A DNA stretch of 64,000 nt from Candidatus Latescibacterota bacterium (GTDB lineage Bacteria; Latescibacterota; UBA2968), in NCBI GenBank assembly GCA_965204375.1, contig OZ241986.1, positions 4,096,001-4,160,000 of the forward strand, read 5' to 3'. Below are positions 39,396-50,348 of this stretch, one piece after another. The translations under genes were made by a program, and so were the position numbers. The notes under the pieces were generated by a model that did no database searches, had not been told where the DNA came from, and saw nothing but the letters and a program-made list of their open reading frames with translations. Every line of letters begins with the position of its first letter. Within the stretch, counting starts at the first letter, position 1.

Positions 39396-40618
39396 TCATG
39401 TGTCATCGGCGTCGAGACCTCGCAAACGTTGCTCCGCCAAATTTGCGAGGCTGTCATTGCCAGCCTCTCGTGCCAAGTCTCGTGCGTTCCCGAAATCCTG
39501 CCGCGCTTCGTCTATTAGATCTAACTCGCCTTTTGCAACACCCTTGTGGATGTATGCTTCCGCGTAGTCTGGTTTCAACCGAATCGCCTCGTCAAAATCG
39601 GCAATAGCGTCCTCATGCTGGCCTAATTCGCCTTTCGCAACACCCCTGTCGTAGTATGCATCGGCGTAGTCTGGTTTCAACCGAATCGCCTCGTCAAAAT
39701 TAGCGATGGCGTCTTCATAGTGGCCTAATTCGCCTTTCGCAACACCCCTGTCGTAGTATGCATCGGCGTAGTCTGGTTTCAGGGAGATTGCTCGGTCATA
39801 GGCCGAAATGCTGTCTTTCGAGTTCCCGAGCAAATAACCGACGGAGAACCACGCTCTTGCTGCGAACTCATTATCGCTTTCTTCCGCGACGTGAGCAACA
39901 GCGCGCCATTTCTCGATTGCCTCTTTTCTCTTGCCTTGCTGCTGGAAAAAAATGGCCTGAGCAATTGCCTTATGTATCAGCGATGCAGTGGGGTTTACAC
40001 GGATGTTCACGACTGCCTGCTTTGCTTCTTCAGGGTCATCGGCAACCTTTTCAGCGTCCATTCGTCGGAGGATCTCTTCAGTGTTATCTTCGATCTTATT
40101 AATCTTTTCTTCAAGGTGGCCCTGATCTCGCGTCTTGATCTCATCAATACTACCTTCGAGGGCTACCGAAATAGGGCTTTCCAGACTTGATGAACTTTCC
40201 TCAAGAGATTGAATTTGTCTTTTAATTTCGGTTTTGGCTTCTTCAACGCTATCGAGGTCTTGGTGATCAACTTGTATTGTTCTCATAGAGCCGACATCAA
40301 AAGGAATGTCCTCAACTTTGTTAATAATCTGAATGAGCGACTTGCCGATGTAATGCCGAATGGCTAATAAAAAATGTTGGCATTCTGTCCTGTTAAATCG
40401 GCTATGACCAAAGGAGCGTCAACAACATGTTGAATGATCTGATTAGTAATCATACCGGGCTGAGGGATATCGTCGGCACGAACAGCTTTGTAACCGCACG
40501 ACTCTACTACCGGACGAATAATGTGTTCTAAAACCTGATCAGATCGTTTGCGGATATCCGATCTCGGTTCACCGATGGGCGCAATGACGAAACAAATCTT
40601 CTCGCTATTATCTGCCAT
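39396..40618 (-). pseudogene. Nucleoside deoxyribosyltransferase/TIR-like domain fused to TPRs, frameshifted
   Basis: CFVIAPIG..VIADLTGQNANIFY* continues in another frame as LAIRH..IPFDVGSMRTI into the TPR ORF (39396-40286); 102-bp TPR repeats. Confidence 0.8.
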
Positions 40619-40620
40619 GT

Positions 40621-42009
<1,389 letters not shown>

Positions 42010-42031
42010 TTTGTTTTAATCGCGTGTAGTC

Positions 42032-42073
42032 AAAAACCTCTGGATCGCGGCTCAACACCATGCCGCGATGACG
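42032..42073 (+). repeat. Palindromic intergenic element (copy of 308-373 without the insert)
   Basis: CTGGATCGCGGCTCAACACCATGCCGCGATGACG. Confidence 0.75.
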
Positions 42074-42127
42074 ATTTAGTTGATAGATCGGGACGAATGT
42101 CAACATTTTCTTGCTTATCGTCGTCCT

Positions 42128-42433
42128 CTACACCATCACTTGCCGGGGTTTCACGCGCTTAGCAATGCGCTCGCCCACATCGATCTCAGCTTGACGAAGC
42201 TCGTAGGTCTTCTGCAGATTCAACCAGACCTGCGGCGTCGTTCCGAAATAGCGTGCTAACCTGAGTGCGATGTCGGCAGTTACGCTCTGCTGACCATTGA
42301 GGATCGCGGTGACGCAGCCTGGCGATACATCGAGTGCTTTAGCCAGCGCGTTAGCCGACAGACCGAGTGTGTCGAGTTCCTCGCTCAGTATCTCACCAGG
42401 ATGCACAGGTCTCATACCGTTTTTGACGTCCAT
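42128..42433 (-). CDS. higA: HigA family antitoxin
   Basis: MRPVHPGEIL, ALRLARYFGTTPQVWLNLQ..YEL. Confidence 0.92.
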   Translation of the reverse strand: MDVKNGMRPVHPGEILSEELDTLGLSANALAKALDVSPGCVTAILNGQQSVTADIALRLARYFGTTPQVWLNLQKTYELRQAEIDVGERIAKRVKPRQVMV

Positions 42434-42450
42434 GTTCTTACTCCCTGTGA

Positions 42451-42477
42451 GTGATAGTCCACGATCTCCACATCAAC
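42451..42477 (-). pseudogene. C-terminal remnant of HigB toxin
   Basis: Encodes VDVEIVDYH just upstream of higA. Confidence 0.7.
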
Positions 42478-42492
42478 AGATAAATCTGATAA

Positions 42493-44232
42493 TCATGGCT
42501 TAAACGGCCGGTACTCGACCAGTGCTGATCGGCCTACGATATCGACAATGCGAACGAGCATCTCCGTTCCATCCGCATCAGTTAATCGCAGATCTTCACC
42601 GGGAAGAAAGTGAACTGGCGGCTGTTCGCCTTGATTGATGGCAATATTGGAAGCGTACAGATAGGTTCTATCGAGATTATCGCGTTTAGGATTCAGCCTA
42701 CCTTTAAGCCCCGGAAGGGAACCAGTCGCCTCTGGGAAAATGACCGCACCACCGTCGGGAAGCGGCTTCAATTCAACTGTGAGCGCACCTTCTGAGGGCA
42801 TCCACTCTTGTTCGCAGTGCGCGGCAAAGCCGCGGGCAGCGACGAACACAGTCATCGGCAAATCAACCGTATGCAGACCAACAACGGCCTCGCCCAACGT
42901 ATCCGTCGTAGCCTGTCTCCAGGTCTTGTTCGGAAACAGTACCAGTACTTCCGCATCGGCAAGCGGTTGCTCGTCGGCACGCACGGTAATGAGCACGCGG
43001 GCCGGGCTCGGCTCAGTAGAGGCCGCCGGTAGCGTAACGCGAAGATCTGCTCTCCCAACCAGATCGAATCGCGGTAGGCGCCCGGCGAGTTCGCGTGTTT
43101 CTCGTCGAATGATGGGGACACCATCCCCGCGCCTTTCCATGATGAAAATCCGACCACCAGCCCCCTGGATACTGCTGGTCGGCATCCGGCCTAAAACCGA
43201 GGCAAGCACCTCGTTGCGCGTCGCCTGCCGATATTCCAACTCATCTACTGTCAGACGATTGGCTAATGTACCCGGCGACTGGATTTCCACTCGATCGGCG
43301 AACATCGACAGACGAATCCGGCTACCGCGCATCGAATAGTCGCGATGGACCACAGCATTGGTGAGAGCTTCAAATAAGGCTTCTGCGCTGTACTGCGGCA
43401 AATCCATGCGAGCCGGATCTTTGTAAGCACCGACACGCATATTACGCACGGCAAAGGCGACCGCTTCGGCAATTTGTCGGTTGAGGGGACCAGTAATCGT
43501 CTGGGTGTCGAGTTGTCCGGAGGCGCGATCAGTGCCGCGGTAATGGGTGGCTGTAATACAGGCATTGGGAAACCATTCCTCCGGGGTATGACTACAAAAG
43601 AGGAGGCCAGCAACAGTCGCTCGCACCGTGCCGTGTTCGTCCTGTCCAAGAAGACCCATTTTTTCCAATGCCGTTTCTGGATCATCCCTGCCTTCCGCAC
43701 TCAACAACGGTTTCCACAGGGCTTCGTCCAGCGTTCCCAATCCTGTATTGGACACCGGCTGCTTGTCGAACCAGAGGAACCTCGCTTGTCCCCGCAGTTG
43801 CGCCAAACGCAGTCGCTCATCACTCGTCATCCTCCGCTTTGACCCGCCTACCCGAACATAACTACCACCCGGACTATCATGCTGCGATTCTCCCTGCGGC
43901 ACTTCGACCAGCAGCAACCGCTTGCCATCCAGTTCTCTGTGATAAGTGTTGATGCGAACAGCTGGTTTGATGGCATCAGAGCTAACCTCAACCAGAACAG
44001 AATCCAGCGCGACGATCTGTTCACGCGACAGGCCCTGAATCTCACCTGCGTCGGTAACGCCGCAGAGCAGCATACCGCCGTTCGCATTGGCAAAAGCCGC
44101 GATCTCATCGGCCAAATCATCGCGGCTCGGACTTCTGGGCCGATTCCCGGAAAACGCGATCTGCTTAAATTCCCATAAACTATCCTCACCCAGACGCAGT
44201 TGGCGTGCAATATCCTGGTCGCTATAGTTCAT
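42493..44232 (-). CDS. AlbA_2/Schlafen-like domain plus HATPase_c_4 (RecG-C-like) protein with C-terminal extension
   Basis: GED..WEFK, IAAFANANGG.LLCGV.D, EALTNAVVHRDY, VEIQSPG, RNEVL, MERRGDG. Confidence 0.85.
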   Translation of the reverse strand: MNYSDQDIARQLRLGEDSLWEFKQIAFSGNRPRSPSRDDLADEIAAFANANGGMLLCGVTDAGEIQGLSREQIVALDSVLVEVSSDAIKPAVRINTYHRELDGKRLLLVEVPQGESQHDSPGGSYVRVGGSKRRMTSDERLRLAQLRGQARFLWFDKQPVSNTGLGTLDEALWKPLLSAEGRDDPETALEKMGLLGQDEHGTVRATVAGLLFCSHTPEEWFPNACITATHYRGTDRASGQLDTQTITGPLNRQIAEAVAFAVRNMRVGAYKDPARMDLPQYSAEALFEALTNAVVHRDYSMRGSRIRLSMFADRVEIQSPGTLANRLTVDELEYRQATRNEVLASVLGRMPTSSIQGAGGRIFIMERRGDGVPIIRRETRELAGRLPRFDLVGRADLRVTLPAASTEPSPARVLITVRADEQPLADAEVLVLFPNKTWRQATTDTLGEAVVGLHTVDLPMTVFVAARGFAAHCEQEWMPSEGALTVELKPLPDGGAVIFPEATGSLPGLKGRLNPKRDNLDRTYLYASNIAINQGEQPPVHFLPGEDLRLTDADGTEMLVRIVDIVGRSALVEYRPFKP

Positions 44233-44263
44233 CGGACACCTCCAAAATCAGCACTCGTTCTAT

Positions 44264-45100
44264 TCATCCTTCACCCCTCTTCACCTGCGGCTCTCTCGGA
44301 AGCAGTACTTGCGGTTGAACGATCCGGCGGCGTTGTGGCGTAAGGCGTTCCAGCAACTCGGGTGAAGGCTGGTACCCGTGCCGGAAATTCCCCCACGAAG
44401 GCCCGTACCGATACACCACGACACGCCGCGTCCCCTCATTCACCCGCTTCGCCGACCCGTGTGAAATCCCATCCACAAAAACCAGCGCATCGCCCGCCTT
44501 CATAAACACCTCAATCGCACCCACCGTACCCTCCACAGACCTGTCTTCCCCCATCCTCTGCTTATCGTAGTACGGATGTCTGAAATTCGCCTTGTGACTC
44601 CCCGGAATCAACATCGTCCCCCCGTCGCCCGGACCGATATCCGTCAGCGCCATCAGCACATTCACCTGCCCGCACATAAACCGCCCGCCGTGAAACCGGA
44701 ACTGATTCCTCGTAATCGGCGGAAACCCGCCCGAATGCAACCCAATCGCCTCGCCCGGCTCGCGAAAATTGGCAAAACACTCATCGATAAACATCGGACC
44801 GTGATGGTGATCAAACGACCCCTCCGCGCCGATAAAAAGCTTCACATGCTCAAACCACGACGGATGATCAATCAAATCTTCAAACGGCTCGCCCGCCTCG
44901 TAAATCTGCTGATAATTGATCCCCGACGTCACATCGCCATACGAATGTCCCTGAACATACCCGAACCACTCCCCCGGCCTCAGCGCGGGAATCTCATCCA
45001 AACCATCATTCAACGCCTGAACCTCATCCGAAGTCAGTGCCCCTTCCAAATGCAAGTACCCCCGCAGGTCAAACAAATAAACATCGAGATCTGGAACCAT
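44264..45100 (-). CDS. PhyH-family Fe/2OG enzyme with HXG motif
   Basis: YLFDLRGYL, GLHSGG, LTDIGPGDGGT.LIPGSHK, ISHGS, RR. Confidence 0.85.
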   Translation of the reverse strand: MVPDLDVYLFDLRGYLHLEGALTSDEVQALNDGLDEIPALRPGEWFGYVQGHSYGDVTSGINYQQIYEAGEPFEDLIDHPSWFEHVKLFIGAEGSFDHHHGPMFIDECFANFREPGEAIGLHSGGFPPITRNQFRFHGGRFMCGQVNVLMALTDIGPGDGGTMLIPGSHKANFRHPYYDKQRMGEDRSVEGTVGAIEVFMKAGDALVFVDGISHGSAKRVNEGTRRVVVYRYGPSWGNFRHGYQPSPELLERLTPQRRRIVQPQVLLPREPQVKRGEG

Positions 45101-45192
45101 TGTCACGCTCCTTGTCAACATGATCTATTCATATCGCAAGTTATGATAAACTCTTACACGCTTAAAAGCCATATCATTTTTTGGCAGTCAAC

Positions 45193-45305
45193 AAAACCCT
45201 CCTGGATCGCGGCCATAAGAAGTGAGAAGGCCACCCAACACCTCTCACGTCTCGCGTTTTACGTTTCACCTGCCTTTCACACTTCACACTTCCTACTTCA
45301 CACTT
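45193..45305. repeat. Partial palindromic element plus composite heptamer element
   Basis: CTGGATCGCGG then GAAGTGAGAAGG-CCACCCAACACC...TTTCACCTGCCTTT-(CACACTT/CCTACTT)4. Confidence 0.8.
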
Positions 45306-45363
45306 GCCTCATTCCCCTCCACACTATATAATTTGGAAACATCGTGAAAACGGATACTCAAAC

Positions 45364-46209
45364 ATGGAACGACAAAACCCAAAAAACATGCGTGAACGCA
45401 CACCTGAAACCATGCGCGGTGAAGAAACCGAAGAAGAAACGCTCATCGAGGAAGAAGAAGAAACGCAACCCCTGCTCGAAGAACGGCTCACCTTGCGAAA
45501 ACCGCTCGGCTTATTATTTGACCTGGGCGACACCCTCTTAACATACCTCAGATTTGATCCAGAAGCCGGGCATGCGGCCACACTTAACATCGCCAACAAC
45601 CCATTGGGTTACACAGTCGCAGACATTGACAACCACATAAAAAAACTCAACCGCGACCTCATACCCCGCAGGGAAAAAGCACAAGTAGAATTTCATCCCC
45701 ACATCATCCAGCGCCACGTCTATGAAGCCCTGCACATCACCTTTGACCGCACCCCTGAAGAAGTCGAACGCGTATTCTGGCGTGCGGCAACATCGTGGCA
45801 GCCCGAACCGGGCGTAGAATACGTCCTCGAAATATTGCGAAACAAAAACATACCCATGGGCATCGTCAGCAACGCCGCATTTTGCGGCAACACATTGATA
45901 TGGGAAATCGAACAACAGGGAATCGCGGACTACTTCCGCTTTCTCATGTCCAGCGCCGACTACTGGGTGCGCAAACCCCATCCCCTCCTGTTGGAAACCG
46001 CCGCCGCCAAACTCGGATTCAAACCCGCAGACGTATGGTATGTGGGCAACTCACCACAATACGATATCGCAGCCGCGCACAACGCCGGCATGGGCGCCGT
46101 ATGGTACAACCGTTTGGACGCCCCTCTCGATGGACCCGACCCCCATGTCGAAATCAAAAGCTGGCGCGAATTTTTAGAACTGGTCGAAGGCTTTTATTTA
46201 AAAATATAA
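45364..46209 (+). CDS. HAD family hydrolase
   Basis: FDLGDTL, VSN, RKP, YVGNS..YDI; start uncertain. Confidence 0.85.
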   Translation: MERQNPKNMRERTPETMRGEETEEETLIEEEEETQPLLEERLTLRKPLGLLFDLGDTLLTYLRFDPEAGHAATLNIANNPLGYTVADIDNHIKKLNRDLIPRREKAQVEFHPHIIQRHVYEALHITFDRTPEEVERVFWRAATSWQPEPGVEYVLEILRNKNIPMGIVSNAAFCGNTLIWEIEQQGIADYFRFLMSSADYWVRKPHPLLLETAAAKLGFKPADVWYVGNSPQYDIAAAHNAGMGAVWYNRLDAPLDGPDPHVEIKSWREFLELVEGFYLKI

Positions 46210-46222
46210 AGGGAGAACCACG

Positions 46223-47458
46223 ATGTCCGATTTTTCAATCGCAGAAGCCGTACACAACGCATTTCAAAACCACGCCATCGTCGATATACACACCCACCTC
46301 TATCCCGCCTCCATGGGCGAACTCTACCTCGCGGGACCCGACGAACTATTGACCTATCACTACCTCAAAGCCGAATGCTCGCGCATGTTGCCCGAAGGCA
46401 TCGCAGTTGACACATTCAACAACATGCCCACCACAGAACAAGCCGACATCATCTGGCAACAACTCTTCGTCGGCAACAGCTCCCCAATATCCGAAGCCCA
46501 ACTCGGCGTCGTCACCGTCATGAACCGCCTGGGACTAAATCCCCGCGCAAAAGACCTGTCCGAATTTCGCGCCTTCCACAAATCAAAAACACCCGAAGAA
46601 TACACCGACATGGTCTTTGAAAGCGCTGGCGTCGCCTGTGTCTATATGACCAACGACCCCCTCGACGACACCGAAGGACCCATGTGGCAACAGGACATCG
46701 ACATCGACCCGCGCTTCAGAGCAGTCCTGCGCCTGGACAGCGCACTCATGAACTGGCCCGCCCCCGCCGACAAACTCCGCGCGTTGGGATACGATGTAGA
46801 AGACTGCCTATCCGACAAAACCTTCTCGGAACTGCGGCGCTACCTCACCGACTGGGCACAAAAAATGAACGCCCGATACATGGCCATATCGCTCCCCCCG
46901 GACTTTGCTTATCCCTCTGAAGACAGCATCTCACAAATGATGGGCAACGTCGTATATCCCACAGCCCGGGAATTGCAAATCCCCTCGGCAATGATGATCG
47001 GCGTCACGCGGCAAGTCAACCCAACCCTCAAAGACGGCGGCGACAGCCTGGGCAAATGGGACATCGCCAACCTCGAACGCATCGCGCGCGACTGGCCCGA
47101 CGTCAACTTCCTCATCACCCTCCTCTCGCGCGAAAACCAGCACGAACTCTGCGTCACCGGACGCAAATTCCCCAACGTACACCCCTTTGGCTGCTGGTGG
47201 TTCTTGAACAACCCCAGCATCATCCGGGAAATCACAGCCGAACGCCTCGAACTCCTCGGCACCAGCTTTGTACCTCAGCACTCCGACGCCCGCATCCTGG
47301 ACCAGCTACTCTACAAATGGACCCACTCCATCGGCGTCATAGCACCCGTCTTCATCGACAAATACGAATCGCTTCGCGCCGCGGGCTGGCCCCTCACCCC
47401 GGCGGATATTCAGCGCGACATCTCCACCATGTTTGGAGGCGGCAAATTACTGGACTGA
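46223..47458 (+). CDS. Uronate (glucuronate) isomerase-like amidohydrolase
   Basis: DIHTHL, MTNDP, GCWWFLNNP, PQHSDARILDQL.YKW.H. Confidence 0.85.
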   Translation: MSDFSIAEAVHNAFQNHAIVDIHTHLYPASMGELYLAGPDELLTYHYLKAECSRMLPEGIAVDTFNNMPTTEQADIIWQQLFVGNSSPISEAQLGVVTVMNRLGLNPRAKDLSEFRAFHKSKTPEEYTDMVFESAGVACVYMTNDPLDDTEGPMWQQDIDIDPRFRAVLRLDSALMNWPAPADKLRALGYDVEDCLSDKTFSELRRYLTDWAQKMNARYMAISLPPDFAYPSEDSISQMMGNVVYPTARELQIPSAMMIGVTRQVNPTLKDGGDSLGKWDIANLERIARDWPDVNFLITLLSRENQHELCVTGRKFPNVHPFGCWWFLNNPSIIREITAERLELLGTSFVPQHSDARILDQLLYKWTHSIGVIAPVFIDKYESLRAAGWPLTPADIQRDISTMFGGGKLLD

Positions 47459-47566
47459 TGGAGGACCAGCCAGCCAAAACAATGAGGATACCACTTTGGG
47501 CATCAAAAAAGCGCCATCCTAACAGGACGACGCGCTTTCAATCATATTTCTATTAGAGGTTTCAAA

Positions 47567-48328
47567 ATGTCACCTGTCAATCCAGGAAGTACATTAGGTC
47601 AAGCAATTGGCAATCTCTTTGAGAGCAAACTTGAAGAAATTCTGAGAAAAGTTGTAGAAAATTCTGGATATGTATATCACAGCGGTCGCGATCCTTTACC
47701 GGATTACACCGGAAAGACCTTGAGAGCAAAAGACAAAAATGGCAAATTCTGGAGCATTGATTCAGCAGTAACGGACGAAAACGGCCATCTCATCATCTTG
47801 GGAGAAATGAAATATATCCAGAGGGCAAAACATGCCACCGATAAAGGAAGTTGGATCTGTAATTGTCATACACTGCTTCGCCAAACTTATCCCACCATAC
47901 GCGCATCCATAGCAATGCTGGCAGGTGGATGGACTGAAAATGTGCGCGAAATGATACGAGATACCGGAACAGATATCTTTTTTGTACCTTATGAGGAGGT
48001 TGTGAACACATTTTCGCAAAAAGGAATCGCGATTAACTGGACCGATGCCACAAGCGATGTGGCTTCTCAAATTGCCTGGGAAGCATTTGGTCATCTTGAT
48101 GAACAAGCGTTAGATGAAATTAAGGACTCTATAATCCAAAAAATCGCAGAACCTTTGAAAATGCACGTCGAGAACATATTAAACGACAAACAAGAACGAA
48201 AGATCACTAAAATCGAGATCAATATTCAAACCAACAAAGGCGAAACAATTAACGTGCAACATTCCAATGCAGAAGAAGCGCAAGCTGCTCTTAAAAATCT
48301 ACAGTCTCATCCTTTTTTTGAAAACTGA
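47567..48328 (+). CDS. Putative type II restriction endonuclease (PD-(D/E)xK)
   Basis: GQAIGNLFE, ID..x12..GEMK; convergent with a DNA methyltransferase. Confidence 0.65.
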   Translation: MSPVNPGSTLGQAIGNLFESKLEEILRKVVENSGYVYHSGRDPLPDYTGKTLRAKDKNGKFWSIDSAVTDENGHLIILGEMKYIQRAKHATDKGSWICNCHTLLRQTYPTIRASIAMLAGGWTENVREMIRDTGTDIFFVPYEEVVNTFSQKGIAINWTDATSDVASQIAWEAFGHLDEQALDEIKDSIIQKIAEPLKMHVENILNDKQERKITKIEINIQTNKGETINVQHSNAEEAQAALKNLQSHPFFEN

Positions 48329-48330
48329 AG

Positions 48331-49653
48331 TCATTTGATTAGCGTCAAAATACCTTCGCTCAATTTGACCGAATGACGCTGAGGGTTATTTTTCCATTTT
48401 CCACCTCTTGTTCTTAAAAGTTCGAAATCGTAATCAGAAAAGCCGATAGCTAAGCCCAATTTGCCAATATATTCATAGATGGGAATATATACGCCATACG
48501 GTGCTGAATCACCCAATACGAGATGGAATTTTGCTCCTTTTTTCATGGTTCGATACGTATCGCTTAAAACGCGAAACATATCATTATGGTAACCAGCAAC
48601 CATAAGATCATAACTCTTCTTACCTCCCCTAACGAGTCTCAATTCGGAAAGCTTATGAATCTTCTCAAGGAGGCCATTATATACTTCTCGGTTCCCCTGT
48701 TGGATGGCATCGTCCAAAGGATTAGCTTCAAAATCACCCCGGTTAATTTGAGTCGTTGCAGAGGTAATAAGCTGTGTTCTAACTTTTTTTGTGATCTCAC
48801 CCCAAGTTCTTGCAAACCCCCAAAAATAGGTCTCAAAACGCGTTCTATCAGCATAATCGTAATTGTTTAAATAGGGGGGCGATGTAAAGACACAATCAAA
48901 AATACCATCTTCGAGTATCCCCATTGTATTTCGACTATCTCCTTTAATCGGATGAGCACTGGCGAGTCCCTTTTGATGTGCATAAAGATATAGATCGTCA
49001 TACATCATCCACAGAACTTGCTTGAAAGAGACCAAACCATCCGTTTCTCGAATTTTCTTTTTAGGAGCAATATAGGGCCATCCTGTTGCCGCTCCTGAAG
49101 AAATACGCAGAGCACACGTCAACGCTGTTTTAAAAAATGCGTGATAAGGTTCTCGCTTTTTCTTTATTATTTCTCGAATAATGTGGAGGCGGGCGAGATT
49201 CGTGTCTGACAGACATTTCCGAATCAATTCGGGATATTCTGATAGATCAATTTGTTCAAGGTTGGCTGCATTGATTAAATCACTTGCTTTATTGATAACC
49301 TCTTGAATCTTAAAATAGAGCTTTTCATAGTCGAAATCCCAATACAATTTAGAAGAAGCAATTTCGTAAACAAAAGGATGAGCTTCTACACCATAAGATT
49401 CAATACCCTGGAGCTTGGCTACAATCAAAGTTGTACCTGTGCCCATAAAGGGATCATAGATAGTCTTGCCTGGACAAAGACCATCTTGGCGTATAATTTC
49501 TTCTACGGCCTTATAAGAAAAGCCTGCAGGATACTGGAACCATCTGTGTATCGGTGCTGTCTTGCTGTCTCGAAACGTCCCATAATTAGCCTTCAAACTC
49601 CCATTGACCGGTATACTTTTTTCTGTTTTTAAGGAAAGACCAAGCTGTGCCAT
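48331..49653 (-). CDS. Amino-DNA methyltransferase (likely N4-cytosine)
   Basis: IHRWFQYPAGFS, DPFMGTGTT (motif I) before TSPPY (motif IV). Confidence 0.9.
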   Translation of the reverse strand: MAQLGLSLKTEKSIPVNGSLKANYGTFRDSKTAPIHRWFQYPAGFSYKAVEEIIRQDGLCPGKTIYDPFMGTGTTLIVAKLQGIESYGVEAHPFVYEIASSKLYWDFDYEKLYFKIQEVINKASDLINAANLEQIDLSEYPELIRKCLSDTNLARLHIIREIIKKKREPYHAFFKTALTCALRISSGAATGWPYIAPKKKIRETDGLVSFKQVLWMMYDDLYLYAHQKGLASAHPIKGDSRNTMGILEDGIFDCVFTSPPYLNNYDYADRTRFETYFWGFARTWGEITKKVRTQLITSATTQINRGDFEANPLDDAIQQGNREVYNGLLEKIHKLSELRLVRGGKKSYDLMVAGYHNDMFRVLSDTYRTMKKGAKFHLVLGDSAPYGVYIPIYEYIGKLGLAIGFSDYDFELLRTRGGKWKNNPQRHSVKLSEGILTLIK

Positions 49654-49819
49654 TGTTATCTCCCTTGGTAAAGAGTGAGGAGTGCTACAGAAAAGGTGAA
49701 TAGGGCAAGGGGAGAAATAAACTCTTGTCTGCCGAAAAAACGACATAAGTAGATAAGACAAAGTTGATATACTCACAAAAATTGAGTGTGTCAACCCTAA
49801 AACAGGACATTGATTCCCC

Positions 49820-50344
49820 ATGAATTGGCGTTATAATATCACGGTTATAATTAGTGTATGTTTTTTCCTTTCAGGATCGGGGTTGTGTGCGCCGTATAAA
49901 ATTTATATCTTTATGGGAGAAACCTGTCCGGTCTCGCGGCATTACACCTTAACGCTCAAAAAATTGCACGCAGAATACGCATCTGAAAAACTCGAATTCA
50001 TCGGCGTATTCCCCAATCGGCTCTCCACACCAGCCACAATTGCCGCGTTCAAAGAAAAATACGCCTTGCCATTCACCTGCATCGGGGACGCCACCCACAC
50101 ATGGGTGAACCGCCTGGGGGCAACCATCACGCCAGAAGTCGTCGTCACCGACACATCGCACACCGCCATCTATCGGGGTCGCATTGACAACACCTTTGCG
50201 AGCCTGGGCAAAAGACGCCGCATCATCACCGAACACGACCTCACAGAGATACTGAACGCCCTCAAAAACGAAAAACCCCCGGCATTTCGCCAAACCCGGG
50301 CCATTGGCTGCATCATAACCTCATGGCAAAATACAAAGGAATAA
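49820..50344 (+). CDS. Secreted redoxin/thioredoxin-like protein
   Basis: Signal peptide, CPVS, GATITPEV, YRGRID, AIGC. Confidence 0.8.
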   Translation: MNWRYNITVIISVCFFLSGSGLCAPYKIYIFMGETCPVSRHYTLTLKKLHAEYASEKLEFIGVFPNRLSTPATIAAFKEKYALPFTCIGDATHTWVNRLGATITPEVVVTDTSHTAIYRGRIDNTFASLGKRRRIITEHDLTEILNALKNEKPPAFRQTRAIGCIITSWQNTKE

Positions 50345-50348
50345 AGCC

